Source: Clostridia bacterium
GTDB taxonomy: Bacteria > Bacillota > Clostridia > Christensenellales > CAG-138
Length of the DNA: 64,000 nucleotides
Assembly (NCBI GenBank): GCA_017416425.1
Contig: JAFQCL010000029.1
Coordinates: 28,703 to 92,702 of the forward strand
Direction of reading: 5' to 3'
Of this stretch, positions 1 to 8,780 are shown piece by piece; the stretch's first letter is position 1, and each line of letters starts with the position of its first letter. Position numbers and translations under genes: made by a program. The notes under the pieces were generated by a model that ran no database searches, was not told the origin of the DNA, and saw only the letters and a list, made by a program, of their open reading frames with translations.

Positions 1-1
1 G

Positions 2-121
2 CATATCGCGATAGCGGCGGGTTCTGAGTGGGCAACACCCAAGGATATGCTCAAATACGGCGGAGTAATGTCCATATTATCGATAGCGATAGTATGGGCT
101 GTAAGCCTTATATTTGTATGA
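2..121 (+). CDS. 3' end of an integral membrane protein cut by the window edge (permease-like C-terminus)
   Basis: Frame is open from the window edge to TGA 119-121. Hydrophobic tail ...GGVMSILSIAIVWAVSLIFV. A strong terminator hairpin follows. Confidence 0.3.
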   Translation, partial: HIAIAAGSEWATPKDMLKYGGVMSILSIAIVWAVSLIFV

Positions 122-133
122 TGAGATGAAATA

Positions 134-176
134 AAAATCGCCTCTATTCTCCGAGATGGAATAGAGGCTTTTTTCT
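134..176. terminator. Bidirectional intrinsic terminator
   Basis: 10-11 bp stem GCCTCTATTC / GAATAGAGGC (140-168), flanked by an A-run upstream and TTTTTT downstream. Lies between convergent genes. Confidence 0.65.
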
Positions 177-183
177 TATAGCG

Positions 184-1185
184 TTATTTACCGGACATGA
201 CCTTCTCAGCAAAGGAGTTATCCACAAGCTCCTCAAAAGGTACCCTTGCGGCAAGCTCGCCGTTAAACTCCATAATGTCAAGCAGGCGGCTGAAGGCATC
301 TTCGCTCATTGCGGGCGTATACATCCAGGAATCGGTCTCACGATAGCTTTTCGCAACGAGAGCGAGCGTTTCTACACTCGTATCGGGGAAATAGCCCTGC
401 ATAGCTTCGGCTACTTCCTCATCCGAAGCGGTCTTAATCCACTGCTGCGCATTATATATGGCGCGGACAAAGCCCTCTACGAACTCGGGATCATCCTCTA
501 TCATATCAGGACGTACCATGAAGGTTGTATAGGGTACTTCGCCGGATTCAAGTCCGATATTGGCTACTATATGCCCCTTACCTTCGGCTTCAAACATGGA
601 AGCGGTAGGCTCAAAGAGGGTGACAAAATCGCCTGTTCCGCCCTCAAAGGCGCCTCCCATCAGATTAAAGGCAATGTTGCTTATGACCTCAACATCCTCG
701 CCCGGGACAAGGCCGTTTTCATTGAGCACATAGTTGAGCGTCATGAAGGGCATACCGCCGGGACGTCCGCCGATTATGGACTTACCTCTTAGCGCTTCAA
801 ATGAAAATTCCTCCATTGCCTCTCTTCCTACGAGAAATGATCCATCGCGCTTTGTAAGCTGGGCAATTATGATGGGATGATCCTCTTTGCCCTCATTGAT
901 TACATAAACACCGGTCTCAGGTCCCATAAGGGCCACATCAGCATCGCCGGAGAGGAGTGCTGTCATGCTCTTATCGCTGCCTCCGCCCGTTACGATGTTG
1001 ACTTTCATGCCCTCTGCCTCAAAAAAGCCCTTGCTTTCAGCTACATATAGAGGAGCGTAGAATACGGATCTTGTAACCTCGTTTAAATTTACTTCACGAA
1101 GAATGCCCTCCTCCTCGCAGCCAAAAACGCAGAAAATTGCTGCTGTTATGAGTAAAAAAGCAAGTACTGCTGCAAATTTTCTCAT
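184..1185 (-). CDS. ABC-transporter substrate-binding lipoprotein, NMT1/THI5-like (nitrate/sulfonate/bicarbonate type)
   Basis: 333 aa. Signal peptide with lipobox-like FCVFGC. Sequence resembles the NMT1/THI5-type binding fold. No adjacent permease or ATPase genes. Confidence 0.7.
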   Translation of the reverse strand: MRKFAAVLAFLLITAAIFCVFGCEEEGILREVNLNEVTRSVFYAPLYVAESKGFFEAEGMKVNIVTGGGSDKSMTALLSGDADVALMGPETGVYVINEGKEDHPIIIAQLTKRDGSFLVGREAMEEFSFEALRGKSIIGGRPGGMPFMTLNYVLNENGLVPGEDVEVISNIAFNLMGGAFEGGTGDFVTLFEPTASMFEAEGKGHIVANIGLESGEVPYTTFMVRPDMIEDDPEFVEGFVRAIYNAQQWIKTASDEEVAEAMQGYFPDTSVETLALVAKSYRETDSWMYTPAMSEDAFSRLLDIMEFNGELAARVPFEELVDNSFAEKVMSGK

Positions 1186-1382
1186 GTTTTACCTCCTTTG
1201 AAATTATGCTTCATAGTATTCAATATGCTTAAACTTTGTGCATGTCCCCATCCGGCCTGTTTTTTATAAATAAGCTGTTTTTCGGCATTCATTTGAGCAC
1301 ATGCTATCCTATGTTTCGTAATAACGACAAATGTTTTTCGCATATAGATTCATAAGAACATAGATATGCGGAGGATTAAAAT

Positions 1383-2249
1383 ATGGCGTATAGAAGAAGG
1401 CGCAGCTATAGCAGCACAAATAGAAGACGGAGGAGAAACGAAGGTGGTGCAGGGGGACTTTTTATCGCTATAGTAGTTATAATAGGCATAATACTTGTGA
1501 TCGTGCTTACCCCCATGGGAGAATGGATAAATGATAATGTATTTTCACCGCTTTTTGGTACAACTACGCCATCCCCATCCCCTACGATGCCGGATATGCC
1601 GGAGGTAACGGACGCGGCTACAGTCTCAGAGGAGATTACACTTGACGCGATGGACTTTTATATGCTCCAAATGGGGGTGTTTACATCGCAGGAGAATGCA
1701 GCTTCATATGCCGAGTCGCTTAAAAAACAAGGAGGTGCGGGCTATGTATATGAGCAGGATGGGCGGTTCAGGGTGATAGCATATGCCTATTCCACCCAGG
1801 AGGACGCCAATACGGTAAAACAAAGATTGGTGGATTCGGGCTATGAGTGTGCAATATTTGCCCTGCCAATACATGGCGCAACATATAGGATAACCGCGAC
1901 AAACGATCAGATCAACAGCCTGACTTCCTCGCTGAGCGCCCTGAAAATGGCTATGGAAGCGGTCTCAGAGGTAGCGCTTACATTCGATTCGGAAAAGCTT
2001 ACCATTGAGGAGGGAAAGGAGAGAGTGCAAACCATATATGATTCTCTTGATTCGGCGCTTTTGACATTTTCTCCGGGCGGATCGACGCTGCTTTTAAGCG
2101 TAGATGAGTATTGTACAACATACAAAGATGCATTAAATAATATTTTAGTATCGAATTTTACGGAAACTATAGATTTTTCGTCGCTTTTAAAGTATACTCA
2201 AGTTATGCTTACATGTGAATACGCAAACCTTATAGATAGCCTTGCTTAA
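1383..2249 (+). CDS. SPOR-domain membrane protein
   Basis: 288 aa. Arg-rich N-terminus, one TM helix and a Pro/Thr linker. SPOR-like segment FYMLQMGVFTSQENAASYAESLKKQGGAGYVY...RVIAYAYSTQEDANTVKQRL. Confidence 0.65.
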   Translation: MAYRRRRSYSSTNRRRRRNEGGAGGLFIAIVVIIGIILVIVLTPMGEWINDNVFSPLFGTTTPSPSPTMPDMPEVTDAATVSEEITLDAMDFYMLQMGVFTSQENAASYAESLKKQGGAGYVYEQDGRFRVIAYAYSTQEDANTVKQRLVDSGYECAIFALPIHGATYRITATNDQINSLTSSLSALKMAMEAVSEVALTFDSEKLTIEEGKERVQTIYDSLDSALLTFSPGGSTLLLSVDEYCTTYKDALNNILVSNFTETIDFSSLLKYTQVMLTCEYANLIDSLA

Positions 2250-2278
2250 TAAGCGCTTTGCGTATAAAAGGAGGTATA

Positions 2279-2632
2279 ATGATACTGTCAGAAATTGCCG
2301 ATATTTTGGATGCAAAGGTGCTTTGCGGTGATGCCATGCTTAACGAGTGCGTAGAAAGCGCCTTTGGTGCGGATATGATGAGCGATGTGCTTGCGTTTGT
2401 GAAGCCTCATACCCTTGTTTTGACCGGACTTGTAAATCATCATGTAGTACGCACGTGCAGTATGCTGGACGTGCGCTGCGTAATATTTGTAAGAGGAAAA
2501 CAGCCAACTGCTGACATAGTAGAAGAGGCGGCCGATTCCGATATAATGCTCATGACAACTGACCATACGCTGTATGAAAGCTGCGGTATGCTCTATGGAG
2601 CTGGACTCCCGCCAGTGGAACGAGGTATCTGA
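2279..2632 (+). CDS. DRTGG-domain protein
   Basis: ATG 2279 follows AAAGGAGG, so the track's TTG 2258 start is less likely. DRTGG-like core ...GADMMSDVLAFVKPHTLVLTGLVN... First gene of a tightly packed 5-gene cluster. Confidence 0.65.
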   Translation: MILSEIADILDAKVLCGDAMLNECVESAFGADMMSDVLAFVKPHTLVLTGLVNHHVVRTCSMLDVRCVIFVRGKQPTADIVEEAADSDIMLMTTDHTLYESCGMLYGAGLPPVERGI

Positions 2633-2633
2633 T

Positions 2634-3056
2634 ATGACTATATATACAGAAGAATTCAGAGTGGAAAGGGGCAACTTTCAAGAAGCGGGAAGCGCCTCTT
2701 CCAAGATAAAGCGAACGCTTAAAAAGATGGGTATCAGCCCCGCCATAATAAGGGAAGTAGCTATTTCCTCATATGAGCTGGAGCTGAATCTTGTAATACA
2801 TTCGCTTGGAGGAACACTTAAGCTATCCATAGACGGCTCGCAGCTTCTTATAATAAGCGAGGATATGGGTCCCGGGATAGGCGATATCGAGCTTGTGATG
2901 CAGGAGGGCTACTCAACGGCTTCTGAGAGCGTGCGCGCTATGGGGTTTGGCGCGGGCATGGGTCTTCCCAATATAAAACGCCATAGCCATGAGTTTAGTA
3001 TAGAGTCCGAGCTTAATAAGAGTACCAGGATAGTTGCGAAATATAATTTGATCTGA
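2634..3056 (+). CDS. Small HATPase_c protein (SpoIIAB/RsbW-like serine kinase / anti-sigma-type ATPase)
   Basis: ATG 2634 lies 1 nt after the upstream stop and has a GAGGT SD. Motifs ISEDMGPGIGD and GFGAGMGLPNI are typical of GHKL ATP-binding folds. The track start at 2574 overlaps the upstream gene and is unlikely. Confidence 0.65.
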   Translation: MTIYTEEFRVERGNFQEAGSASSKIKRTLKKMGISPAIIREVAISSYELELNLVIHSLGGTLKLSIDGSQLLIISEDMGPGIGDIELVMQEGYSTASESVRAMGFGAGMGLPNIKRHSHEFSIESELNKSTRIVAKYNLI

Positions 3057-3077
3057 TAGATACAGGAGGAAGGCACG

Positions 3078-4385
3078 ATGTATCAACATTCAGTGCGAGT
3101 GGACCGACGAAAATGCGTTGGGTGTACTAATTGCATAAAATGCTGCCCTACTGAGGCAATAAGGGTGCAGAAGGGCAAGGCTATAATAAGAGGTGATCGC
3201 TGTATCGACTGCGGAAAATGTCTTGGAGCCTGTCCGCATTCCGCAATGGTGTCCGTAACGACACCGATCAGCGCACTTGGCTGTTTCAAATATAACATAG
3301 TTATACCTTCAACAACGCTTTACTCTCAGTTTAGAGGTATATGCAAGCTTGAAGACATATATGCGGGTCTTTATGCATTGGGCTTTGACGCGATATACGA
3401 GGAGGCAAAGGCTGCCGAGATACTGGCAGAGGCCATGAATCGCTACATACATGGGCCTGATGTGGTATTTCCGGTGATATCATGCACATGTCCTGTAATA
3501 CCAAGGCTTATTGCCGCGCTCTATCCGAGCCTTATCGATAATCTTTCGCCGTTTGTGTCGTCAAATGAGCTGGCTGCAAGGGTGGCCAAGGCGGAATTTT
3601 GCGAGGCTACGGGTATACCGGCAAGCGAAGTCGGAGCTTACTATATATCGCCCTGCTCCGCGGAGATAACACATATGCGTTCGCCGATGGGCATGGAAAA
3701 ATCCGAGATAAACGGTGTTTTTTCGGTGCGCGACATATATGGTAAACTTGTGGATATGATAGGAAAGCTTCCGGCTGACGCTCCGTGTATGATAGAGCAC
3801 AGAGCCGGCGCTTTTGGCCTTGGCTCCGCTGTGGTCGGCGGCCTTTCAATAGCCATAGGAACGGAGCATTATCTTGCAGTTGACGGCATGGAGAGCATTA
3901 TAGAATGCCTTGATGAGATAGATAATGACCGAATGGGAGGCCTTATGCTTTTGGAGGCCATGGCCTGCCGCGGCGGCTGCATTGGAGGCCCTCTTACGTT
4001 TGAAAACCAGTTTGTGGCCAAAAACCGCAACAGAAGGCTTCAGTATTCACAGCCAAGGCTTGATCTTGAGCGTGATGAGCATGTCCAAAAATATGTTGAT
4101 TCGCCGCTTATAAAATGTGATAAAGAGTATGAGGCCAAGGACATAATGAAGCTTAGCGATGATATGCTCGAAGCTATTCGAATGATGGATAAGATGGAAT
4201 CCATATGCAGACAGCTTCCCGGGCTTGATTGCGGCTCTTGCGGCTCTCCGACATGCAGATCGCTTGCCGAGGATATAGTGCGCGGTCAGGCTGTTGAGAT
4301 GGATTGCATATTTAAGCTGAGGGATAAGGTGCGACAGATGGCGCAGGAGATGGTAGACCTTGCAAGCGCGCAGAAGCGTGGATAA
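3078..4385 (+). CDS. [FeFe]-hydrogenase-like protein, putative sensory type (2x[4Fe-4S] ferredoxin domain + H-domain + C-terminal extra Fe-S motif)
   Basis: 435 aa. CVGCTNCIKCCP and CIDCGKCLGACP ferredoxin motifs. H-cluster-like motifs ISCTCPV, SPCSAE and EAMACRGGCIGGP. C-terminal LDCGSCGSPTCRS...DC motif. Confidence 0.8.
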   Translation: MYQHSVRVDRRKCVGCTNCIKCCPTEAIRVQKGKAIIRGDRCIDCGKCLGACPHSAMVSVTTPISALGCFKYNIVIPSTTLYSQFRGICKLEDIYAGLYALGFDAIYEEAKAAEILAEAMNRYIHGPDVVFPVISCTCPVIPRLIAALYPSLIDNLSPFVSSNELAARVAKAEFCEATGIPASEVGAYYISPCSAEITHMRSPMGMEKSEINGVFSVRDIYGKLVDMIGKLPADAPCMIEHRAGAFGLGSAVVGGLSIAIGTEHYLAVDGMESIIECLDEIDNDRMGGLMLLEAMACRGGCIGGPLTFENQFVAKNRNRRLQYSQPRLDLERDEHVQKYVDSPLIKCDKEYEAKDIMKLSDDMLEAIRMMDKMESICRQLPGLDCGSCGSPTCRSLAEDIVRGQAVEMDCIFKLRDKVRQMAQEMVDLASAQKRG

Positions 4386-4410
4386 AATACGGAAAGGATG
4401 AATTTTAAAA

Positions 4411-4752
4411 ATGACGGTAAAGGAATTATGTGAAAAACTGGGTGGAAAGCTTTTAACACAAGCAGGCGGCGACAACGATATAACCTGCGGCTGCAGCTGT
4501 GACCTTTTAAGCTGGGTGATGGCAAAGGGCGCTCCCGGCTGCGCCTGGGTCACTGTTCAAACGCATATGAACGTGATAGCCGTGGCATCGCTGCATGATA
4601 TGGCCTGCGTAATATGCCCGGAAGGTCTAATGCCGGATGAAAATGTGCTCAAAAAAGCGGAGGAAGAGGAAATTGCAGTCATATCCTCCGGCGATACCGG
4701 GTACGCAATCTGTTGTAAAATGCATGAAGCCGGCATAATGCCCGAACGCTGA
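4411..4752 (+). CDS. DRTGG-domain protein (second copy)
   Basis: 113 aa. ...CDLLSWVMAKGAPGCAWVTVQTHMNVIAVASLHDMACVICPEG... is typical of the DRTGG family. Confidence 0.65.
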   Translation: MTVKELCEKLGGKLLTQAGGDNDITCGCSCDLLSWVMAKGAPGCAWVTVQTHMNVIAVASLHDMACVICPEGLMPDENVLKKAEEEEIAVISSGDTGYAICCKMHEAGIMPER

Positions 4753-4753
4753 T

Positions 4754-5461
4754 ATGATGAAGTTTGCGGCTGATCTTCATATACATTCCTGCCTGTCTCC
4801 TTGCGGCGATATGTCCATGACCCCTAATAATATAGTGAATATGGCATATTTGAAGGGGCTGGATATCATTGCGGTCGCGGATCATAATTCGGCGCTCAAT
4901 CTTCCGGCGATATCAAAGCTTGCGCGTGAGAGGGACATACTTTTAATACCTGCTATAGAAGCAGAATCCCGTGAAGAGGTGCATGTGTTGTGCTATATGC
5001 CAACGCTTGAGGCAGCTATGCTTTTTGGCGAGTATTTACATGAAAATCTACCGCCGGTATCAAATGTACCGGAGCTTTTTGGCGAGCAGGTGGTCATGGA
5101 TGAGGCGGATGTTCCTATCGCAAAGGAGGAATATCTGCTTGTTCAGAGCACGCTTCTTAGCATAAATGAAATATGTGAAAAATGCAGAGCGCTTTTTGGC
5201 GTGCCCATTCCCGCACATATAAATAGACCCTCTACTTCGGTGATAGCAAGCCTGGGCTTTATACCAAAGGAACTTCATTTTACAAGCGTTGAGGTTAAAA
5301 ATACGCTTCCGCCGCCGAATATTGATCTATCGTCATACCATGTTTTATATTCCTCGGACGCCCATTATCTTGAGGATATATTGGAAAGAGAGATGTTTAT
5401 ATCGCTAAAAGAGAAAAGCATAGAGGAATTTTTAGCATATATAGCTAAACAAAAGCTATAA
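4754..5461 (+). CDS. PHP-domain metal-dependent phosphoesterase
   Basis: 235 aa. N-terminal ADLHIHSCLSPCGD and ...AVADHNS... PHP His/Asp motifs. Starts 1 nt after the upstream stop. Confidence 0.75.
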   Translation: MMKFAADLHIHSCLSPCGDMSMTPNNIVNMAYLKGLDIIAVADHNSALNLPAISKLARERDILLIPAIEAESREEVHVLCYMPTLEAAMLFGEYLHENLPPVSNVPELFGEQVVMDEADVPIAKEEYLLVQSTLLSINEICEKCRALFGVPIPAHINRPSTSVIASLGFIPKELHFTSVEVKNTLPPPNIDLSSYHVLYSSDAHYLEDILEREMFISLKEKSIEEFLAYIAKQKL

Positions 5462-5498
5462 ATAAAAGTAGTAATTTGTAGAAATCTGAAAACAGTGC

Positions 5499-5527
5499 TT
5501 GCTTAAGTTCCATGTATGCTGTATAAT
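5499..5527 (+). promoter_or_regulatory. Candidate sigma-A promoter for zapA
   Basis: TTGCTT (5499-5504), 17 nt spacer, TATAAT (5522-5527). Confidence 0.45.
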
Positions 5528-5563
5528 AACTCTGTAAAGTTATACCACAAGGGGGATGATAGG

Positions 5564-5902
5564 GTGGATACAAATAGAGTGGTAATAGAAATAGGAAGTC
5601 GTATACTGAAGATAAGGACTACTGAAAGCGCGCAGAAAATGCAGCAGCTTGCGGAGGACGTAAGCGCTCGCATGGCAGCTATTCAGGAGGCGTTTCCTTC
5701 TATAAGTGAATATGAGGCAGCAATGTTTGCTATGCTTAATATGGCCGAAGAGATAGAGGCGCTTAAATGCAAATATGATGAGCTGGAATCCAGGATACAT
5801 GAACTTCGTGAAGTTCCGATCCCTACGCCTGCCATGCCCAAAAAGCGTCCGCTGACCAAGAAAAGCGCCGCAAAGGAGCCGGAACCGGTGCCGGCTGAAT
5901 AA
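5564..5902 (+). CDS. zapA: Cell division protein ZapA
   Basis: ZapA-like N-terminal region (VVIEIGSRILKIRTTES...AAMFAMLNMAEEIEALK) plus a coiled-coil tail. GTG 5564 is preceded by AAGGGGGA. The track's ATG 5516 lies inside the predicted promoter. Confidence 0.65.
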   Translation: MDTNRVVIEIGSRILKIRTTESAQKMQQLAEDVSARMAAIQEAFPSISEYEAAMFAMLNMAEEIEALKCKYDELESRIHELREVPIPTPAMPKKRPLTKKSAAKEPEPVPAE

Positions 5903-5917
5903 AATAGAATGATCGAT

Positions 5918-5949
5918 AAAGCGTCTGACAAGATACCAGACGCTTTTTT
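5918..5949. terminator. Bidirectional intrinsic terminator
   Basis: 8-bp stem AGCGTCTG / CAGACGCT with A-run and T-run flanks, between convergent zapA and the udg-like gene. Confidence 0.65.
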
Positions 5950-5958
5950 ATGAAATAT

Positions 5959-6543
5959 TCAAATCAGATTAAGCTCAACTATTTTTTCGCGAAGCGACTT
6001 TAGATCCTCAAAGGCTTCGCGTTTTTTACTTTCATCACGCAAAAGCGCCGCCGGGTGGTAGGTGGAGCTTATGTATATGCCTTTGCGCTCATACCAAAAG
6101 CCATGTTCCCTTGTTATGCGAAATTCCGGGTCGATTATATGGCGCGCGGCTGTACTGCCAAGGCAAAATATTATTTTCGGTCGCACTAAAAGAAACTGTG
6201 CCCTCAGATACCCTATGCAGGCTTCTGCTTCATCGTAAAGAGGTGTGCGATTATTGGGGGGCCTGCATTTTACAATATTTGCTATATATACATTTGTTCT
6301 GTCAAGCCCTATGGAGGCGAGCATGCGATCAAGCAGCTTCCCCGCCGCTCCTACAAACGGAGTGCCGGACAGATCCTCATCACGACCGGGGCCTTCGCCT
6401 ACCAGCATTATGGCTGCATTTTTATTTCCATCGTCTACCACCGTATTGGTGCGTGCTTCTGCTAACCTGCAAGCATGACATATCTTTATTGTATATTCAA
6501 GCTTATCCCATGTTATATCCATAGTTTTTTCCTTTTTCTCCAA
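5959..6543 (-). CDS. Uracil-DNA glycosylase, family 4
   Basis: 194 aa. CHACRL...GEGPGRDEDLSGTPFVGAAGKLLD and the C-terminal HPAALLR motif are characteristic of family 4 UDGs. Confidence 0.85.
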   Translation of the reverse strand: MEKKEKTMDITWDKLEYTIKICHACRLAEARTNTVVDDGNKNAAIMLVGEGPGRDEDLSGTPFVGAAGKLLDRMLASIGLDRTNVYIANIVKCRPPNNRTPLYDEAEACIGYLRAQFLLVRPKIIFCLGSTAARHIIDPEFRITREHGFWYERKGIYISSTYHPAALLRDESKKREAFEDLKSLREKIVELNLI

Positions 6544-6693
6544 TTATACTTCATTTTAAGCATATATGCACTCGAGTATTGGACGTTTTTCATCTTTTCG
6601 GCGTAAACCATGCTATATCGAAAAATCAAGACATAGAATATGAGAGAAAAGCCCATAAAGCGGGGCGAATATTAAAAAGGATGGGTAAAACCG

Positions 6694-7383
6694 ATGCTGG
6701 AATGCTTTTCTTTTATACGTGAACTGTTATTTCTTGCAGGCTATATAAATACGCAGGGCGCCTTTCCGGAGCCTTTAAGTACGGAGGATGAAGCGAGGTA
6801 TTTAAAACTTTTCATTGAAAAGGGGGATATGGAAGCCAGAGGTAAGCTTATTGAGCACAACTTAAGGCTTGTGGCGCATATTGCTAAAAAATATGCTCAG
6901 CCCGGACGCGATCAGGATGATCTTATCTCGATAGGTACAATCGGTCTTATAAAGGGTGTTACTACATATTCTCCATTAAAGGGCACTTCACTTGCTACCT
7001 ACGCATCTAAGTGCATCGACAATGAAATACTCATGTACATGCGAAGCGAGCGTAAAACAAAGAGTGATATTTCGCTATCAGAGCCGATAGGTACGGATAA
7101 GGATGGGAATGAAATAGTGATAGGAGATATACTTGGCAGCGAGAGCGATGAAATATGGAATAGCGTTGAATTGGGGCTATGGGCAGAGCTTTTACGAAAG
7201 CTCATGGATAAGGTGCTGACGCAGCGTGAAAGTGATGTTATAACATTAAGGTTTGGCTTAAATGGCGGCTGTACGCTTCCTCAGAGGGAGGTTGGGCGTT
7301 TGCTTGGGATATCAAGAAGCTATGTGTCGCGCATCGAAACTGCGGCTCTGACGAAGTTAAGAAATTCCCTTAAATATAAATAG
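6694..7383 (+). CDS. sigK: Sporulation sigma factor SigK (pro-sigma-K), uninterrupted
   Basis: 229 aa. Hydrophobic pro-sequence followed by FPEPLS. IEHNLRLVAHIAKKY, DLISIGTIGLIKG and PIGTDKDGNEIVIGDILGSE closely match the SigK sequence I recall from Bacillus and Clostridium. Confidence 0.85.
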   Translation: MLECFSFIRELLFLAGYINTQGAFPEPLSTEDEARYLKLFIEKGDMEARGKLIEHNLRLVAHIAKKYAQPGRDQDDLISIGTIGLIKGVTTYSPLKGTSLATYASKCIDNEILMYMRSERKTKSDISLSEPIGTDKDGNEIVIGDILGSESDEIWNSVELGLWAELLRKLMDKVLTQRESDVITLRFGLNGGCTLPQREVGRLLGISRSYVSRIETAALTKLRNSLKYK

Positions 7384-7396
7384 TTTATGCAAAAAC

Positions 7397-7420
7397 CCCT
7401 AAAAATTCAATGCTTTTGGG
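7397..7420. repeat. AT-rich hairpin, copy 1 of a repeated 22-24 nt motif
   Basis: CCCTAAAAATTCAATGCTTTTGGG. Same core as copy 2 (AAAAATTCAAnGCTTTT). Confidence 0.4.
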
Positions 7421-7510
7421 TGTGGATCGCTGATAGAGTCGGCTTTGTGCTTTGATGCAGCTATTTTTACGGCTCGTTTTTTTACCAGAGGGCTTGCCGT
7501 TAGCTTAACG

Positions 7511-7532
7511 CCAAAAATTCAAAGCTTTTTGG
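7511..7532. repeat. AT-rich hairpin, copy 2
   Basis: CCAAAAATTCAAAGCTTTTTGG forms a 7-bp perfect stem. Lies in the same convergent intergenic region. Confidence 0.4.
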
Positions 7533-7545
7533 TACTTTTATGAAA

Positions 7546-7959
7546 TTATTCACCAAGGCGGAGTACTTGATCCTCACCCGGGATCTGTATGAAAGCAAGC
7601 TCTATATCGCCATCCACCATAAAAAGGGTTATAACCTTATAATCATCAAGCGCTATTAAAAGCTGGACTATATCGCCGCGCCGCATGGTGTCTGAAGGAA
7701 AACCTGCCTCCCTTGATTTTGAAACTATATCTGAGAGATACTCCCCTTCCAGCATTTCTTCAATGGTAGCATCATCCTGAGTGTCGGCGGGATATATGTC
7801 GCCTATGTCAATATCATAACCATAGGAATTTATGATGCGCGCTATGCGGCTGAGCTCTCCCGTTTCATTTGTAAAAAAGCTCCATATTATAGCTATAAGC
7901 AACAAAACACCTGCGGCTATGAGGAGTATTATGCGTGATTTTAAGGTCAATCCTTTCAT
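7546..7959 (-). CDS. Hypothetical membrane-anchored protein, translationally coupled to ecfT
   Basis: ATG 7959 overlaps the ecfT stop (ATGA). N-terminal TM helix (RIILLIAAGVLLLIAIIWSFF) followed by an acidic soluble domain. The track's longer ORF to 8103 runs inside ecfT. Confidence 0.5.
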   Translation of the reverse strand: MKGLTLKSRIILLIAAGVLLLIAIIWSFFTNETGELSRIARIINSYGYDIDIGDIYPADTQDDATIEEMLEGEYLSDIVSKSREAGFPSDTMRRGDIVQLLIALDDYKVITLFMVDGDIELAFIQIPGEDQVLRLGE

Positions 7960-8780
7960 GGCATTATGGCAAGCATGGGGAAAATTTGCGGGAGGATTAT
8001 CATAATAGCAAGCAGGGATATCATTATAAGCGTGCAAATACCATCGCCTAAGGTCAGCTTCATTACGCGCATTTTTGTGCGTCCTTCTCCGCCGTGGTAA
8101 CAACGGCTTTCCATGGCCATGGCAAGCTCATCGGCACGCCTGAACGAACCCACCAGCAATGGGATGAGTATGGGTATCATGGCTTTTACCCTTTTAAATA
8201 CGCTTCCGGTATCTATCTGCGCGCCTCTTGATATTTGAGCCTTCATTATCTTATCGGCTTCCTCAAGCAGAGTAGGTACAAAGCGGAGCGCAATAGTCAT
8301 TATCATCGCAAGCTCGTGGGCGGGGAATTTTATAACCTTGAGCGGAGAAAATATGCGCTCTATGCCATCGGTAAGCAGTATGGGGGTGGTCGTAAGTGTC
8401 AGAAGCGATGTTCCAAGCACTAAAAATACAAGCCTTATCGATATGAAAAATGCTTTATATATGCCGCCTGTTGTAAGCTTTATTATCCAAAAGCTCAGTA
8501 TTTCCGTACCGCTTTTTGTTAAAAAGAGGTTGAGAAGGAACATAAATACAAGTATCCATTTGAGCGGTTTCAGGCTCTTTAGCATATAAGAAATAGGCAC
8601 CTTGGACAGCAATATCGCGGCTGTAACAAAAGCAGCTAAGGGTATGAACATATAGAGCGACTGCGCAAGAAATACGATAACGATATAAAGCGTCATCGCA
8701 AGCAGCTTTATGCGTGGATCAAGCCTGTGTATGCACGATTCAGCGGGATAATACTGCCCAAGTGTGATATCTTTAAGCAT
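7956..8780 (-). CDS. ecfT: Energy-coupling factor transporter transmembrane subunit EcfT
   Basis: 274 aa polytopic protein in the CbiQ/EcfT family. Located directly after two EcfA ATPase genes. Confidence 0.85.
   Translation of the reverse strand: MLKDITLGQYYPAESCIHRLDPRIKLLAMTLYIVIVFLAQSLYMFIPLAAFVTAAILLSKVPISYMLKSLKPLKWILVFMFLLNLFLTKSGTEILSFWIIKLTTGGIYKAFFISIRLVFLVLGTSLLTLTTTPILLTDGIERIFSPLKVIKFPAHELAMIMTIALRFVPTLLEEADKIMKAQISRGAQIDTGSVFKRVKAMIPILIPLLVGSFRRADELAMAMESRCYHGGEGRTKMRVMKLTLGDGICTLIMISLLAIMIILPQIFPMLAIMP

Noticed and set aside
1186-1382. Possible TPP (THI-box) or other riboswitch upstream of the NMT1/THI5-like binding-protein gene
   Set aside because: I read the minus-strand leader and found none of the conserved TPP elements (CTGAGA, ACCTGATCTGGATAATGCCAGCG-like core) or any other familiar riboswitch core.
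6694-7383. Looked for a skin-like intervening element or split sigK
   Set aside because: The ORF is continuous from the pro-sequence through region 4 at normal SigK length, so there is no interruption.
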